A DNA stretch of 64,000 bases from Trypanosoma brucei (lineage: Eukaryota). The stretch is from NCBI GenBank assembly GCA_000002445.1, contig CM000208.1, forward strand, positions 544,001 to 608,000, given 5' to 3'. The notes under the pieces were generated by a model that ran no database searches, was not told where the DNA came from, and saw nothing but the letters and a program-made list of their open reading frames with translations. Both the position numbers and the translations under genes were made by a program. Below are positions 54,941 to 64,000 of this stretch, one piece after another. Numbering within the stretch: position 1 is the first letter of the stretch; each line of letters begins with the position of its first letter.

Positions 54941-56086
54941 ATGATGGCGCTTGAGCTGCTGGCCCAGCAGTACCTTCCGATCTCTCCGCGACACCTGAGC
55001 CTTCTTACCTTAGATGGCGGCTCCCCTGCTGCAGTTGTCGCCGTCTCACCAGCATATGATAATTTCAACCGTGTGTTCTTTCTTGAATGGGATTACCCCA
55101 CGGAGACGGGTAATTTTCGGCTTATACACACAGAAATGCCTGGTGTGGGTGTAAATGCCCTCTCCCTTATGCTTTCTCAAGACGGCGTTGTACACTGTGT
55201 CGTGCAGTGCGCCAGCAAAGGAAAAGAGGAGAGTCCAAAGACGTACCTTCTGCGTCGCACAGAGGATGCAGGAAACTCGGATAGTGATACCAGTGACAAC
55301 GGAAATGAAGAAGACACGGCGGTAAAATATAAGATTCTTCCCAAAGTGATGGAGGATGATAGCAGGAGTTGGACTGTTGCAACCCGACTTTACAGAGGTA
55401 ACGGCGGGGTACGGGACTCTAATAACAGTTCCCGAGTTGTCGCTGCTTGTGGAGGTGAGCGCGGTGAACCAAACGCTCTCAAGATGATGTACCTCAGTGG
55501 TACACGGTTGTCAGTGCAACAAAGCGTAGAATTGCCTGTGTTGTCAACTTTCCCACTACTTCGGTTGTGTGAAATCGATGGCGATGTCTCCTCGCTTCTT
55601 GCATTATGTCATCACGCCGTGTTAGAGATTGACCCTCGGCTAAAGCAGCAGGAAAGTGTTGTGCGCGCGTGGAAATGGACCCCGCGGGACCCACTCACTG
55701 CTTTTGCTGTGAAGGATAACAGTATTGTGGCCGGCACAGAAGATGGAGTGCTAGTACTATGGGACTTGCGTTTTGCTGCCGTGCACGAGAAAGGTAGCAA
55801 AGCAGTGGACCACAGCGTTTCTTGCGGGGCCCCCATCACTGGTTTGCATATGCCTCATAGTTCCAGTGTACTGTCGTGTCAAGCGGATGGTGCAGTACTT
55901 ACCTGGGAGCGGTGTTCAACTTCATCTATTAATAACATCAACGAGGCGTGTTTTGTCCCCAGGCGCATCCCTGCGCTTCCTCCCACCTTTGTGGGAACGC
56001 CCGGTTGTGTGGGAATGGCTGCAGAAGATAATATTGCCGTGGTTGCAGATGAGTCGGGGGTTCTCAGCATTTTCTCCATGTCGTAA
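54941..56086 (+). CDS. Hypothetical protein, possibly with WD-repeat-like beta-propeller segments (381 aa)
   Basis: Segments DNSIVAGTEDGVLVLWDLR and CQADGAVLTWE resemble WD repeat ends. Weak. Confidence 0.35.
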   Translation: MMALELLAQQYLPISPRHLSLLTLDGGSPAAVVAVSPAYDNFNRVFFLEWDYPTETGNFRLIHTEMPGVGVNALSLMLSQDGVVHCVVQCASKGKEESPKTYLLRRTEDAGNSDSDTSDNGNEEDTAVKYKILPKVMEDDSRSWTVATRLYRGNGGVRDSNNSSRVVAACGGERGEPNALKMMYLSGTRLSVQQSVELPVLSTFPLLRLCEIDGDVSSLLALCHHAVLEIDPRLKQQESVVRAWKWTPRDPLTAFAVKDNSIVAGTEDGVLVLWDLRFAAVHEKGSKAVDHSVSCGAPITGLHMPHSSSVLSCQADGAVLTWERCSTSSINNINEACFVPRRIPALPPTFVGTPGCVGMAAEDNIAVVADESGVLSIFSMS

Positions 56087-56528
56087 CATTCAAGGAATTT
56101 GGGAGAAACGGGGGAGGGATGCTGACGCTGAAGTATCATCTCGTCTTACAGGGGAACTGAGTTTTTTTTTTATCACTGAGTTTCTTTTTGTTAAAGCGCG
56201 TCCTTAAATGGAAGAGGGGAAAAAAAGATAAGACCATTCTGTCTGGTAGTGGTGACTTCCTACAAAGGTGACAGTAGTGTCTTCAGCTCTCTCTTTTCTC
56301 TTTTTTTTTAAGGGTCTGTTTTGTTTTTATTCTACTTTCCTCTAACTCAAAAAATATTCCCTTCTCACACCCCTTTTCCTTTTCGTGTTAGACGCATTTC
56401 TTGCCATCCTTCTAAAGCTTAGGAGAGTAGAGGAAAAAGCAGAAAAAAAAAATAGAATATCGAACATACAAATTAAGGAGTCAAGTATAAAAAAGAGGAG
56501 GTTGTGGAGAGAAAGTGACGAAAAGAAG

Positions 56529-57359
56529 ATGGAAAACAAGGACGTTGCAACCAGTTGGGATTACAACAGTGCTGAGATTGGTGAATTTGTGCCAAACAGT
56601 TGTACTGGAACTCATTTCCCAAACGGAATAGCCTGTGCCCCATGGTTTCAACAGCAGGTGACATCACAACCGCACTTATGCAGTTCTGAATTCGCTAGTA
56701 GTGTTGAGTCTGTTGGAGGACCCGCATGTCGGGTTGGCAGTGAAGGTAGCGACTATTGTTTTATGAATAAATCTGTATGTAGAAACGAAGAGGAAGGTGC
56801 GGAAGAAGTGGAGGGGAATGAGGGGGAATCCAACTTACGATGGGGAATGCACATCCATCCCGCGGCGCTCCGTGCGGTGCAGGCTTCTTCACGTGAAGTT
56901 GTTCAGGGTCTGATTCGGGATAAGGAACTCTTGTGTTCCCAATTCGGTACGATGCAACAAAACATTCCTCTTGCTATCACGTGGCATGACACAACTGCAC
57001 CGTCACCGAACCAAACGCTTGCGTCCACATTTACGCCGCTACCCCATAAGAAGCGTTCCCGCGATCTCGTAACACTCCTCAGTGGCATTTCACCGGATTG
57101 GGAAGCGGCCGAAGAAGTTGGTGGAGCTTCCGCAGCCGCACATGTTGGGGGGTTGGAAATACAACGGAAGAGATTTCGAGTGGATAATCCCACAATTGGC
57201 TCAGCGGCATACGAAGTGTCCAAAGCTGCAACCGCGGCATCACCAAAGCCGTGGATAAAAGCGCGTCAGAAGCGTGTGCGAGAGGAGGGAGATGAGGATG
57301 TGAATGTGAATGTGGAATGGGGAAGGGGACGGGACGGAAATGAAAACAGTGGCAGGTAA
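56529..57359 (+). CDS. Hypothetical protein (276 aa from ATG 56529)
   Basis: ORF 56385..57359 in the track; the first ATG is at 56529. No domain recognised. Confidence 0.3.
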   Translation: MENKDVATSWDYNSAEIGEFVPNSCTGTHFPNGIACAPWFQQQVTSQPHLCSSEFASSVESVGGPACRVGSEGSDYCFMNKSVCRNEEEGAEEVEGNEGESNLRWGMHIHPAALRAVQASSREVVQGLIRDKELLCSQFGTMQQNIPLAITWHDTTAPSPNQTLASTFTPLPHKKRSRDLVTLLSGISPDWEAAEEVGGASAAAHVGGLEIQRKRFRVDNPTIGSAAYEVSKAATAASPKPWIKARQKRVREEGDEDVNVNVEWGRGRDGNENSGR

Positions 57360-57518
57360 CGTGGCGATGGGCGCCCCAGTCCAAATGTTATCAACGGTAC
57401 CAACCGTGCAGAAAGTGGTGAGGGAAACCCTCACGAGGCAATGAACGGTGTGTTTCAAATAATTTTCAACAGCGCCAATACCAGAGTAAAATTGTGTAGT
57501 TTGACCATCGCAGTTTCG

Positions 57519-57549
<31 letters not shown>

Positions 57550-57562
57550 TTGTGTGTGTGTA
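57519..57562. repeat. (TA)n then (TG)n microsatellite
   Basis: tatatatatatatatatatatatatgtatgtttgtgtgtgtgt. Confidence 0.85.
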
Positions 57563-58690
57563 TCAAAAACGACTCTTTTAAGATACGCGCAAACGAAATG
57601 TCATAACACGAGGAAAAGGCACCGTCTTTCGCGCAGGCTTTCCACCCATTTGACCTCTCCGCACGATTTGTCCAGTGAGCGGGTGATCCTCATTAACCCA
57701 AGTGATTTTCCCGGTCTTGACGGTCTTTTGCATCCTTCACTTTTGCATAACCCGCGTGTGCGGCTAATTGCGCCACCCCCGAAACCGATGGTTACGAGAC
57801 AACAAACATAAACACACAAACAAATGCTTCTTTGCAGTACCCACAGCTGAACCTCAGTTTTCTTTATCCTTCCGTTCCACATACTTTTCGCAGTACCCTC
57901 ATCGTCAGTTGCCGCTTGCCGCACCACCATAACCACAACAGATGAACATAACGATTTTAGCGCACGAGTTGAATCACGTTGGAGAGGGCTAAGCTGGAAA
58001 AATATGGAAACTTCGCAAGTGTGCGCGAATACTAAAGAAAAGAGAAATGTATATGGGGGTTAAGGGGAACGATGGAGGATGACAGTGAGGGGTTGGGGGA
58101 GGCTAACAGGAATTAGAAACGATTATATATATATATATATATATGTTTTTTTTCTTAGGTGCTTGTGAGTGAGTGAGTGTGTGTGTGTGTGTGCAAGGGG
58201 TCAAGTTACTTCCCGTTCTTTGTGAAACGGTAGAGTTAGCAGTGGGGTGCGATCTTCACCATTGTCACTCATTTTTTGTTTTGTTTTTGTTTGGTTCTAT
58301 TATTACTATTATTATTGTGCATCACTTTCTTTTTATTTCGTATCAGTGTGGGTATTTCCCTGCACTCGTCTTTTTTTTCTTATTTCGACACTATTTAAGA
58401 TGCTAATGTTACCACTACTACTATAAACTGGAGTCGTCTTAAATTATCAAAGCGTTCAACCCATCCTACACACCTCTTCTGGTGCGAAATGAGGGATCAA
58501 AAACAGTCATTGGTTCTTTGACATTTGTTGGTATCACTACTGTCATATTCTTCTTTTCCCATTTTATTTTTTTTTCACTTTTTTATTTTTCCTTCTACAA
58601 TTTCTTCATACATTTAAATATATGTGTATGTATTCATGTATGTTTATTTGCTTAATTATTTACCTAACATTCATGTAGTCATTCACCAAC

Positions 58691-58984
58691 ATGTCTAAAC
58701 AAGAACTTCAACTCACTGATGCCGTCTCTGAACAGGACCGGCTCCTCGGTGAGTTGCACAATTCTGTGCTAAACACACGACAGTACGCTTTAGCTATTGG
58801 AGAGGATTTAGAAGAGCAGAACACAATGCTCGATGACCTGCAAACTGACGTTGAGCGCGCAACGGATGAGAGCCGCCGGCAAAACTATAATGTTGGGCAG
58901 TTGCTGTGGGAAAGTGAAAGTAGGGGTTTCTGGACACTCTTTATTGTATTGTCACTTATTCTGGTGGTGCTTTTAATACTTTAG
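58691..58984 (+). CDS. Small tail-anchored Q-SNARE (Bet1/Sft1-like Qc), 97 aa
   Basis: SNARE heptad region with a central Q (LEEQNTMLDDLQTDVERATDESRRQ) followed by the C-terminal TM anchor FWTLFIVLSLILVVLLIL. Confidence 0.6.
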   Translation: MSKQELQLTDAVSEQDRLLGELHNSVLNTRQYALAIGEDLEEQNTMLDDLQTDVERATDESRRQNYNVGQLLWESESRGFWTLFIVLSLILVVLLIL

Positions 58985-59044
58985 GACACATACAAACAAA
59001 CAGATACACACCTTCCCTTCCATCTATTTGGTGTGTTTGTATGG

Positions 59045-59322
59045 TGTGTGTGTGTGTGTGTGGAGGGGGGGGGGAGAGGGGGCTTTGTTTTCACCGTAGC
59101 CTCTTAACGTGTTGTGCAATTCATTTTTCTCTTTTCGCGTTTTGCTGTCGTCGTTGTTGCTGTTGTTGATGATTATGATGATGATGATTATTATTATTAT
59201 TATTATCCGCATGCTTGTTTGTGGAGAAGGGTGGTTGCTCTTTTCCATTTATTTATTTATTTTTTGTGCCCACCGCGACGCTTTCCCCCCCCCCTCCCCC
59301 AACAACAACAACAACAACAACC
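59045..59322. repeat. Cluster of simple repeats: (TG)n, G10 run, (GTT/GAT/ATT)n triplets, C-run, (AAC)n
   Basis: gtgtgtgtgtgtgtgtgg, then gggggggggg at 59066..59077. gttgttgctgttgttgatgattatgatgatgatgattattattattatt at 59150..59208. ccccccccctccccc then aacaacaacaacaacaacaacc at 59285..59322. Confidence 0.85.
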
Positions 59323-60042
59323 TCAAACAAAATCCTATTGATAAATGCACTCATTTCATTGTTCACTCCTAACGTTTGTAGTGTATGGAAGAGTGGAGAA
59401 AAAAAGGTAGTGGGGTTAAATGACGTTGTACCTTTTCCCGTGTGATTTTGTTTTTGTTGTGTGTGTACTGTCGCTGATGCAGTAACTTGTGGCCACTTTT
59501 TCCAGTTTGTTATTATTGTTTCATATGTTCGGCGCTGGTCATCTCTTTTATATTTTGCCACATTGACCCCCACCCACCACCACGCACCAAAAAAAAAAAA
59601 AGGAAATGAAATGAAAAGAAAAGGGGAAAAGGAGAAAATGGAGGAGGGGGAAATACAAATACACACGGATTTTGTGTGAGGGCAAAAGAAACTCTTTCAG
59701 TTATTCATTCGCGAACTCCGCGGGTGTTTTCACCATCGGTCCCTTCCATTATGATTGTTTCGAAAGACTGTGGCTGCTTGACTGGTGTTTGATAATTCTA
59801 TTATTAATCACATCAATAGGAATAATAATAATAATTATTATTATTTTAAATTCCTTCGTTGTTTTTATCGTTATTTAAACTACTACAAACTTTCACTGCG
59901 TGAACAAAATAAACTGATGTGACCAAGCAGAAGTAATTGGAGGACGCCACGGGTCCTTAAGTGCTTAGAAAAGAAAAAATAATAAGTAAATTAAATCATA
60001 TTTATACAGCAAAAAGCGAGCAAAGTTTCAACAAGGAGGGAA

Positions 60043-60825
60043 ATGCGTAGGTCGCTTGCGTTTCTGGTGAACTTTTCACCCATCTATATGCCAGCCCTTT
60101 CCCCATCCATGGATAGCGGCATAATTGTTGAGTGGAAGAAAAAGGTTGGCGATCTTGTAAAAGAGAATGATGTGTTCTGCACCATTCAAACCGACAAGGC
60201 AGTTGTGGATTTCACTAACACCTTCGATGCCGGTTACTTGGGCAAAATATTCCGCCAGAATGGTGAAACTGTCGCCGTCGCTTCAACAATAGCCGCGATG
60301 GTTGAGGAATCGCAAGATGTGGCCAAATTAGCGGATTATACATTGAAGGACGTGGAACCCGGTAATGTTGACGAGGAGGCGGTTGCAGCTCCCGTTTCAA
60401 CAACAACAACAACAACAAAAACTCCAAAACCCGCTGGTGGTAAAATCCGTTACGGCGGTTCTCTCGACGAGGCGGTTGCAGCCAGTGGTCCGGGCGTTAT
60501 GCGAATTGCAGCCCGTCTCGACAAGGCAGCACTGGAAGCCATCACACCAACAGGAAGAGGAGGACGCTTCACAAAAGCAGATTTTGTTGGACAGCCCGGT
60601 TTTGACTACGAGAAGGCGGCACCAGCACCGAAGGGTTCCTCCTCGTCTTTTACTAACGCCTCTCGGGAATGTTGTGCTGAGAATACGAACGGGGCTGTTG
60701 GATCCAGCGCTGTGGTGAAATCCTTCCCCGTATATAACTTCAAGGTATCAGACACAACATTATTGCAACAACTCCTTAATAGTATGCCTACTCCAAAGGC
60801 AAAGGGCGCAGCGGTTGGCAAGTAA
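60043..60825 (+). CDS. Protein with a lipoyl domain plus a peripheral-subunit (E3)-binding domain and no catalytic acyltransferase domain. It resembles the pyruvate dehydrogenase E3-binding protein (protein X) or a short E2. 260 aa.
   Basis: MPALSPSMDSGIIVEWKKKVGDLVKENDVFCTIQTDKAVVDF is a lipoyl attachment motif (TDKA). PGVMRIAARLDKAALEAITPTGRGGRFTKADF is a PSBD. The N-terminus MRRSLAFLVNF is presequence-like. Confidence 0.7.
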   Translation: MRRSLAFLVNFSPIYMPALSPSMDSGIIVEWKKKVGDLVKENDVFCTIQTDKAVVDFTNTFDAGYLGKIFRQNGETVAVASTIAAMVEESQDVAKLADYTLKDVEPGNVDEEAVAAPVSTTTTTTKTPKPAGGKIRYGGSLDEAVAASGPGVMRIAARLDKAALEAITPTGRGGRFTKADFVGQPGFDYEKAAPAPKGSSSSFTNASRECCAENTNGAVGSSAVVKSFPVYNFKVSDTTLLQQLLNSMPTPKAKGAAVGK

Positions 60826-62491
60826 ACACATTAGCTACATGCCTGAAAGCAGTTACCAATGCAATTATAAGATGTGGGTAATACAAACGGTCGCGTGGGT
60901 GTTGTTAACGTGTGTGTAAGTGTGTGTTTCCCCCGTTACTGCATGCGTTTGATGGTTTTGTTATCCATTTACAAAAGAAATGGTACAAAAGGGTGAGGTA
61001 GTGTGAAGAAAGAGCGGAAAGTTTTCCGCGATGTGAACACAATGTCAAAAAGGAGGGAAGGTGGAAAATATAATGTGGTGATGAAAGAGCCGCTCCATCA
61101 TTCCTTCCTCTTTGTTATGCAGTAACGGTTGAGTTTTTATTTTATTATTTTCGTATTATCATTATTTTTTATTTTTTTATTTCGCTATACTTTTCTTCCT
61201 TTTTTAACGTGTACTTCATTACTGCGTGCGTGTAAGTGTTATGTATTTTGGTTTCGCTCATTTGCCTATGTCTGCCTCTTTGTGGCTGAGTTTGTTCCCT
61301 CACATTCACTCGCCTAGCACATACAAATGGAAAGAAGAAGGCAAAAGAAAAAAGAAAGAAAGAAACACAGTAAATGTGGCAGAAATGCAAAATGAATATT
61401 CTCCTCCGCACCACCACCAAGAGGAGGAAAAAAGAAAAAGGAAAAAGGAAAAGGCAAGTGAGCTGGGAGATGAGAGGAGATGTAAGTATCCTACGTCACG
61501 TGTTGAAAGTAGTAAACGTTACAATATTTTTGCTCCTTGCTGGTTATTTGCGCAGCGTCTCCCCTCTTTTAGCGTGCCTTGCGATCATGTGTTTTTGTTT
61601 CGTTTGTTACGTGAGTTCATCTCCTTTTTTTTTGTGTGTGTGTGCTTTATATATAAATTCCTTTATGTCAGTACACGCCGTGCCACATCTCATACCGTTA
61701 CTTCTGGTGGATGGGGTGGGAATTGTAAAGGTATGTGTGTCAGAGGAGGGGTGTGGGAGATCAAAAGAAAATCAAAAAAAAAAGGAAAGCGCCTCCACCA
61801 CATAAAGTAACGGGAAATTGATTGACAAAAAAAAATAATAATCAGAAAGTCAAGAAAGGAAGAAAGAAAGAGGGAGGAGGGAAGGAAGAAAGGAAGGGGG
61901 GAAGCACGCACCAGAAGTGTAGGAGAGAAGGAGTAAGTAATAATAAAAATTTTAAAAATAATTATAATTATAATAACAGTGCGAACATATTTTATGGGGT
62001 TAATAACACAGGGTATGGGAAAACTAACACATCTGTGTTCTCACGTATGTGTGGTGAAGTAACAAAGCAGGAATAACAACAACCGAAGGGAGGAGCGTTT
62101 AATTTCAGATGCAAATGTGTTAATGTGATGGAGTTGGCGGAGGGAAATAAGGTTAACGCTTTTTTCCACCACCCCCCTCCTCCGCTACATTCCTCTTTCT
62201 TAACATATGGCGTGTTGTTTTTTTTTTTTGGTGAATCAATTCGAATGAGAAATGTCGTTTCGCTCTGGTACGCCGCTGGAGCCTGAAACTCTTCATGTGT
62301 ATTGCCTCGACAACAACTTCTATACTCTCATTGCTTTGTTTCTGTTTCTTAACCCCTCGCTTGTACGCATCTTTCTGCTGTTCTGGCCTTCTGATTTCCC
62401 CAATACATCTTTTGATGTCAATTGTTAATCTTGTGCTGTGCACATACATTCACAAAGGGAAAGGAAAAAAAAACAAGAAGAATAAACAACT

Positions 62492-63499
62492 ATGCCACTT
62501 TCCTCCGAGAACAAGCAGAAGTTGCAAAAGCAAGTGGAGTTCTACTTCAGCGATGTGAATGTGCAGAGAGATATTTTCCTGAAGGGGAAGATGGCAGAAA
62601 ATGCTGAGGGTTTCGTCTCCCTGGAGACCCTTCTAACATTCAAGCGCGTGAATTCTGTTACGACGGATGTGAAGGAAGTCGTAGAAGCAATTCGTCCCAG
62701 CGAAAAGCTTGTCTTGTCTGAGGATGGCCTTATGGTGCGCCGCAGGGATCCGCTTCCGGAATCCATCCAAACCGATCACCAAACCGTGTATGTGAAACCT
62801 GTACCACCCACAGCAACACTCGAGCAACTTACCGAATTCTTCAGCAAACACGGTACGGTGCAGGCGGTATGGCGCCGTTACTTTGCTGGGAAAAAGGACG
62901 CACCTCCAGAGAGCCGCACAAAGCCCTCTGTATTTGTTGTGTTCAACAGTAGTGAAGAGGCGGAGGCGTTCCAAAAGGCCCCTCCCATGTACGACGATGT
63001 GCAACTTACAGCAGAGATGAAAACAACGTACTTGGAGCGTAAGGCGGAAGAAATAGCAGCAAAGAAGTCAAGTAAAACAAAGAACGGCGGTGCAACTGAC
63101 AGGGCGGAGAAGAAAACCCCACCCATGCCGCTTGGAAGTAGCTATCGTGTAAGCGGTTGTGGGGAGATGGAGAGTTTCGCCACGGTGAAGAATCTATGGC
63201 CTGTGGAGGAGCAGAAGGGGATTCGTTACGTATTTATGCCGGATAAGGAAAGCGCACTGCTCATATTTCAGGATACTCAGACAGGAGAAAAGATGGTGGC
63301 GGACTTAAAGAGCCGTGGTACAACTCTTAACGGTAAACAACCGGATATAAAGAAGTTGGAGGGTGACGATGAACAAAAGCTATTGGAAAATGTGGAGAAG
63401 GAAATTGTGGATCGTGCAATGCAGAGTGCGAATAATCGTTCCGGGCGAGGAGGACGAGGTGGGCGAGGGGGCCGAGGACACAAGCGGTCACGTGAATAA
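62492..63499 (+). CDS. LA: La protein (La motif + RRM + C-terminal RGG repeats), 335 aa
   Basis: La motif KQVEFYFSDVNVQRDIFLKGKMAENAEGFVSLETLLTFKRVNSVTTDVKEVVEAIRPSEKLVLSEDGLMVRRR. Downstream RRM-like TVYVKPVP...SVFVVFNSSEEAEAF. C-terminus RSGRGGRGGRGGRGHKRSRE. Confidence 0.85.
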   Translation: MPLSSENKQKLQKQVEFYFSDVNVQRDIFLKGKMAENAEGFVSLETLLTFKRVNSVTTDVKEVVEAIRPSEKLVLSEDGLMVRRRDPLPESIQTDHQTVYVKPVPPTATLEQLTEFFSKHGTVQAVWRRYFAGKKDAPPESRTKPSVFVVFNSSEEAEAFQKAPPMYDDVQLTAEMKTTYLERKAEEIAAKKSSKTKNGGATDRAEKKTPPMPLGSSYRVSGCGEMESFATVKNLWPVEEQKGIRYVFMPDKESALLIFQDTQTGEKMVADLKSRGTTLNGKQPDIKKLEGDDEQKLLENVEKEIVDRAMQSANNRSGRGGRGGRGGRGHKRSRE

Positions 63500-64000
63500 G
63501 TGTCACGTGCATATGTGTGTTTAAGCGAAGCGCTCTTCACTCACTGGTTTCTCATCAGCCCCTCTGACTTTTTCTCTTCACTCCTGTTACAACTATGCGA
63601 TAACCACCTACCAACAGTAAGGAAGGTGGACAGGGAGGGTGACACAGAGAGATTTTTGTTGTTGCTTTTTTTTCACCGTTTTGTGTCAGGGGAAGGGAGT
63701 GGTTGCACACGCGGTGTGGCCTCGGAAAAAATGGTCAGTAACTGGCAGCAATGGGACAACCGGAAGCGCATTTCTAAAACTAAAAACAAGACAACATAAA
63801 ATAAGCGTATTTAAAATGGGGCAAATTTTAAATGTTGACTCAATAGTAACATACGAACAAGGTTACTTTTAAGAAAAGATAAGAATACGGGGATGGGGAA
63901 ATTACGTGGCGTGATTTGTATCTGGCAGGTGTAAAAAGAGGCCCGGCGCCGCGGAAGAAAATGCGGACTTGAGTGACTGTGTAATCTGGGGGAACGGGTG

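Noticed and set aside
7388-58984. Functional operon-like clustering of trafficking genes (Vps51, Vps35, Bet1-like SNARE)
   Set aside because: Trypanosomatid polycistronic units are not organised by function and the genes are tens of kb apart. I treat this as coincidence.
1-64000. Search for tRNA, rRNA, CRISPR, transposon or retroposon (ingi/RIME/SLACS) signatures
   Set aside because: No cloverleaf-compatible GTTCGA-type T-arm contexts, no direct-repeat/spacer arrays and no reverse-transcriptase-like ORFs were seen. The only large repeat is the EF-1 alpha gene array.

Overview
This window reads as a single same-strand (+) polycistronic gene array from a trypanosomatid nuclear chromosome. The EF-1 alpha protein is identical in all copies and matches what I recall of Trypanosoma brucei EF-1 alpha, so the best fit is the T. 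brucei chromosome-10 TEF1 region. Every convincing gene is on the + strand, and I found no strand-switch region, tRNA, rRNA, CRISPR array or mobile element. It opens with a tandem array of three near-identical 2.18-kb EF-1 alpha units (121..6397). Unit 1 carries a 1-nt frameshifting insertion. Downstream are about 22 further ORFs that I could assign from sequence motifs. The better-supported assignments include Vps51 (GARP), a zinc-finger protein like RPAP2/Rtr1, CFAP20/BUG22 with a polyQ tail, a nuclease of the PD-(D/E)XK superfamily resembling MGME1, a USP deubiquitinase and a PIWI-like Argonaute. They also include adrenodoxin reductase (FDXR), a protein with an NTF2-like domain, a TMEM189/Kua (PEDS1) plasmanylethanolamine-desaturase homologue, a UBR-box protein with an N-terminal ubiquitin-like domain, Vps35 (retromer) and a type-I DnaJ with a CaaX tail. 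A Bet1-like Qc-SNARE, a protein with a lipoyl domain plus an E3-binding domain, and the La protein complete that set. The remaining ORFs are hypotheticals, listed in the features. The most unusual locus is an M16 peptidase-like gene (10304..11743) whose conserved reading frame is interrupted by two in-frame TAG codons and whose HxxEH active site is degenerate. It is probably a pseudogene. Intergenic regions are pyrimidine-rich and full of microsatellites, including (TA)n, (TG)n, (GA)n, (GAAA)n and homopolymer runs. I see no evidence of a novel multi-gene system in the prokaryotic sense. Functionally related neighbours, such as Vps51 and Vps35, are most likely coincidental in a trypanosomatid polycistron.
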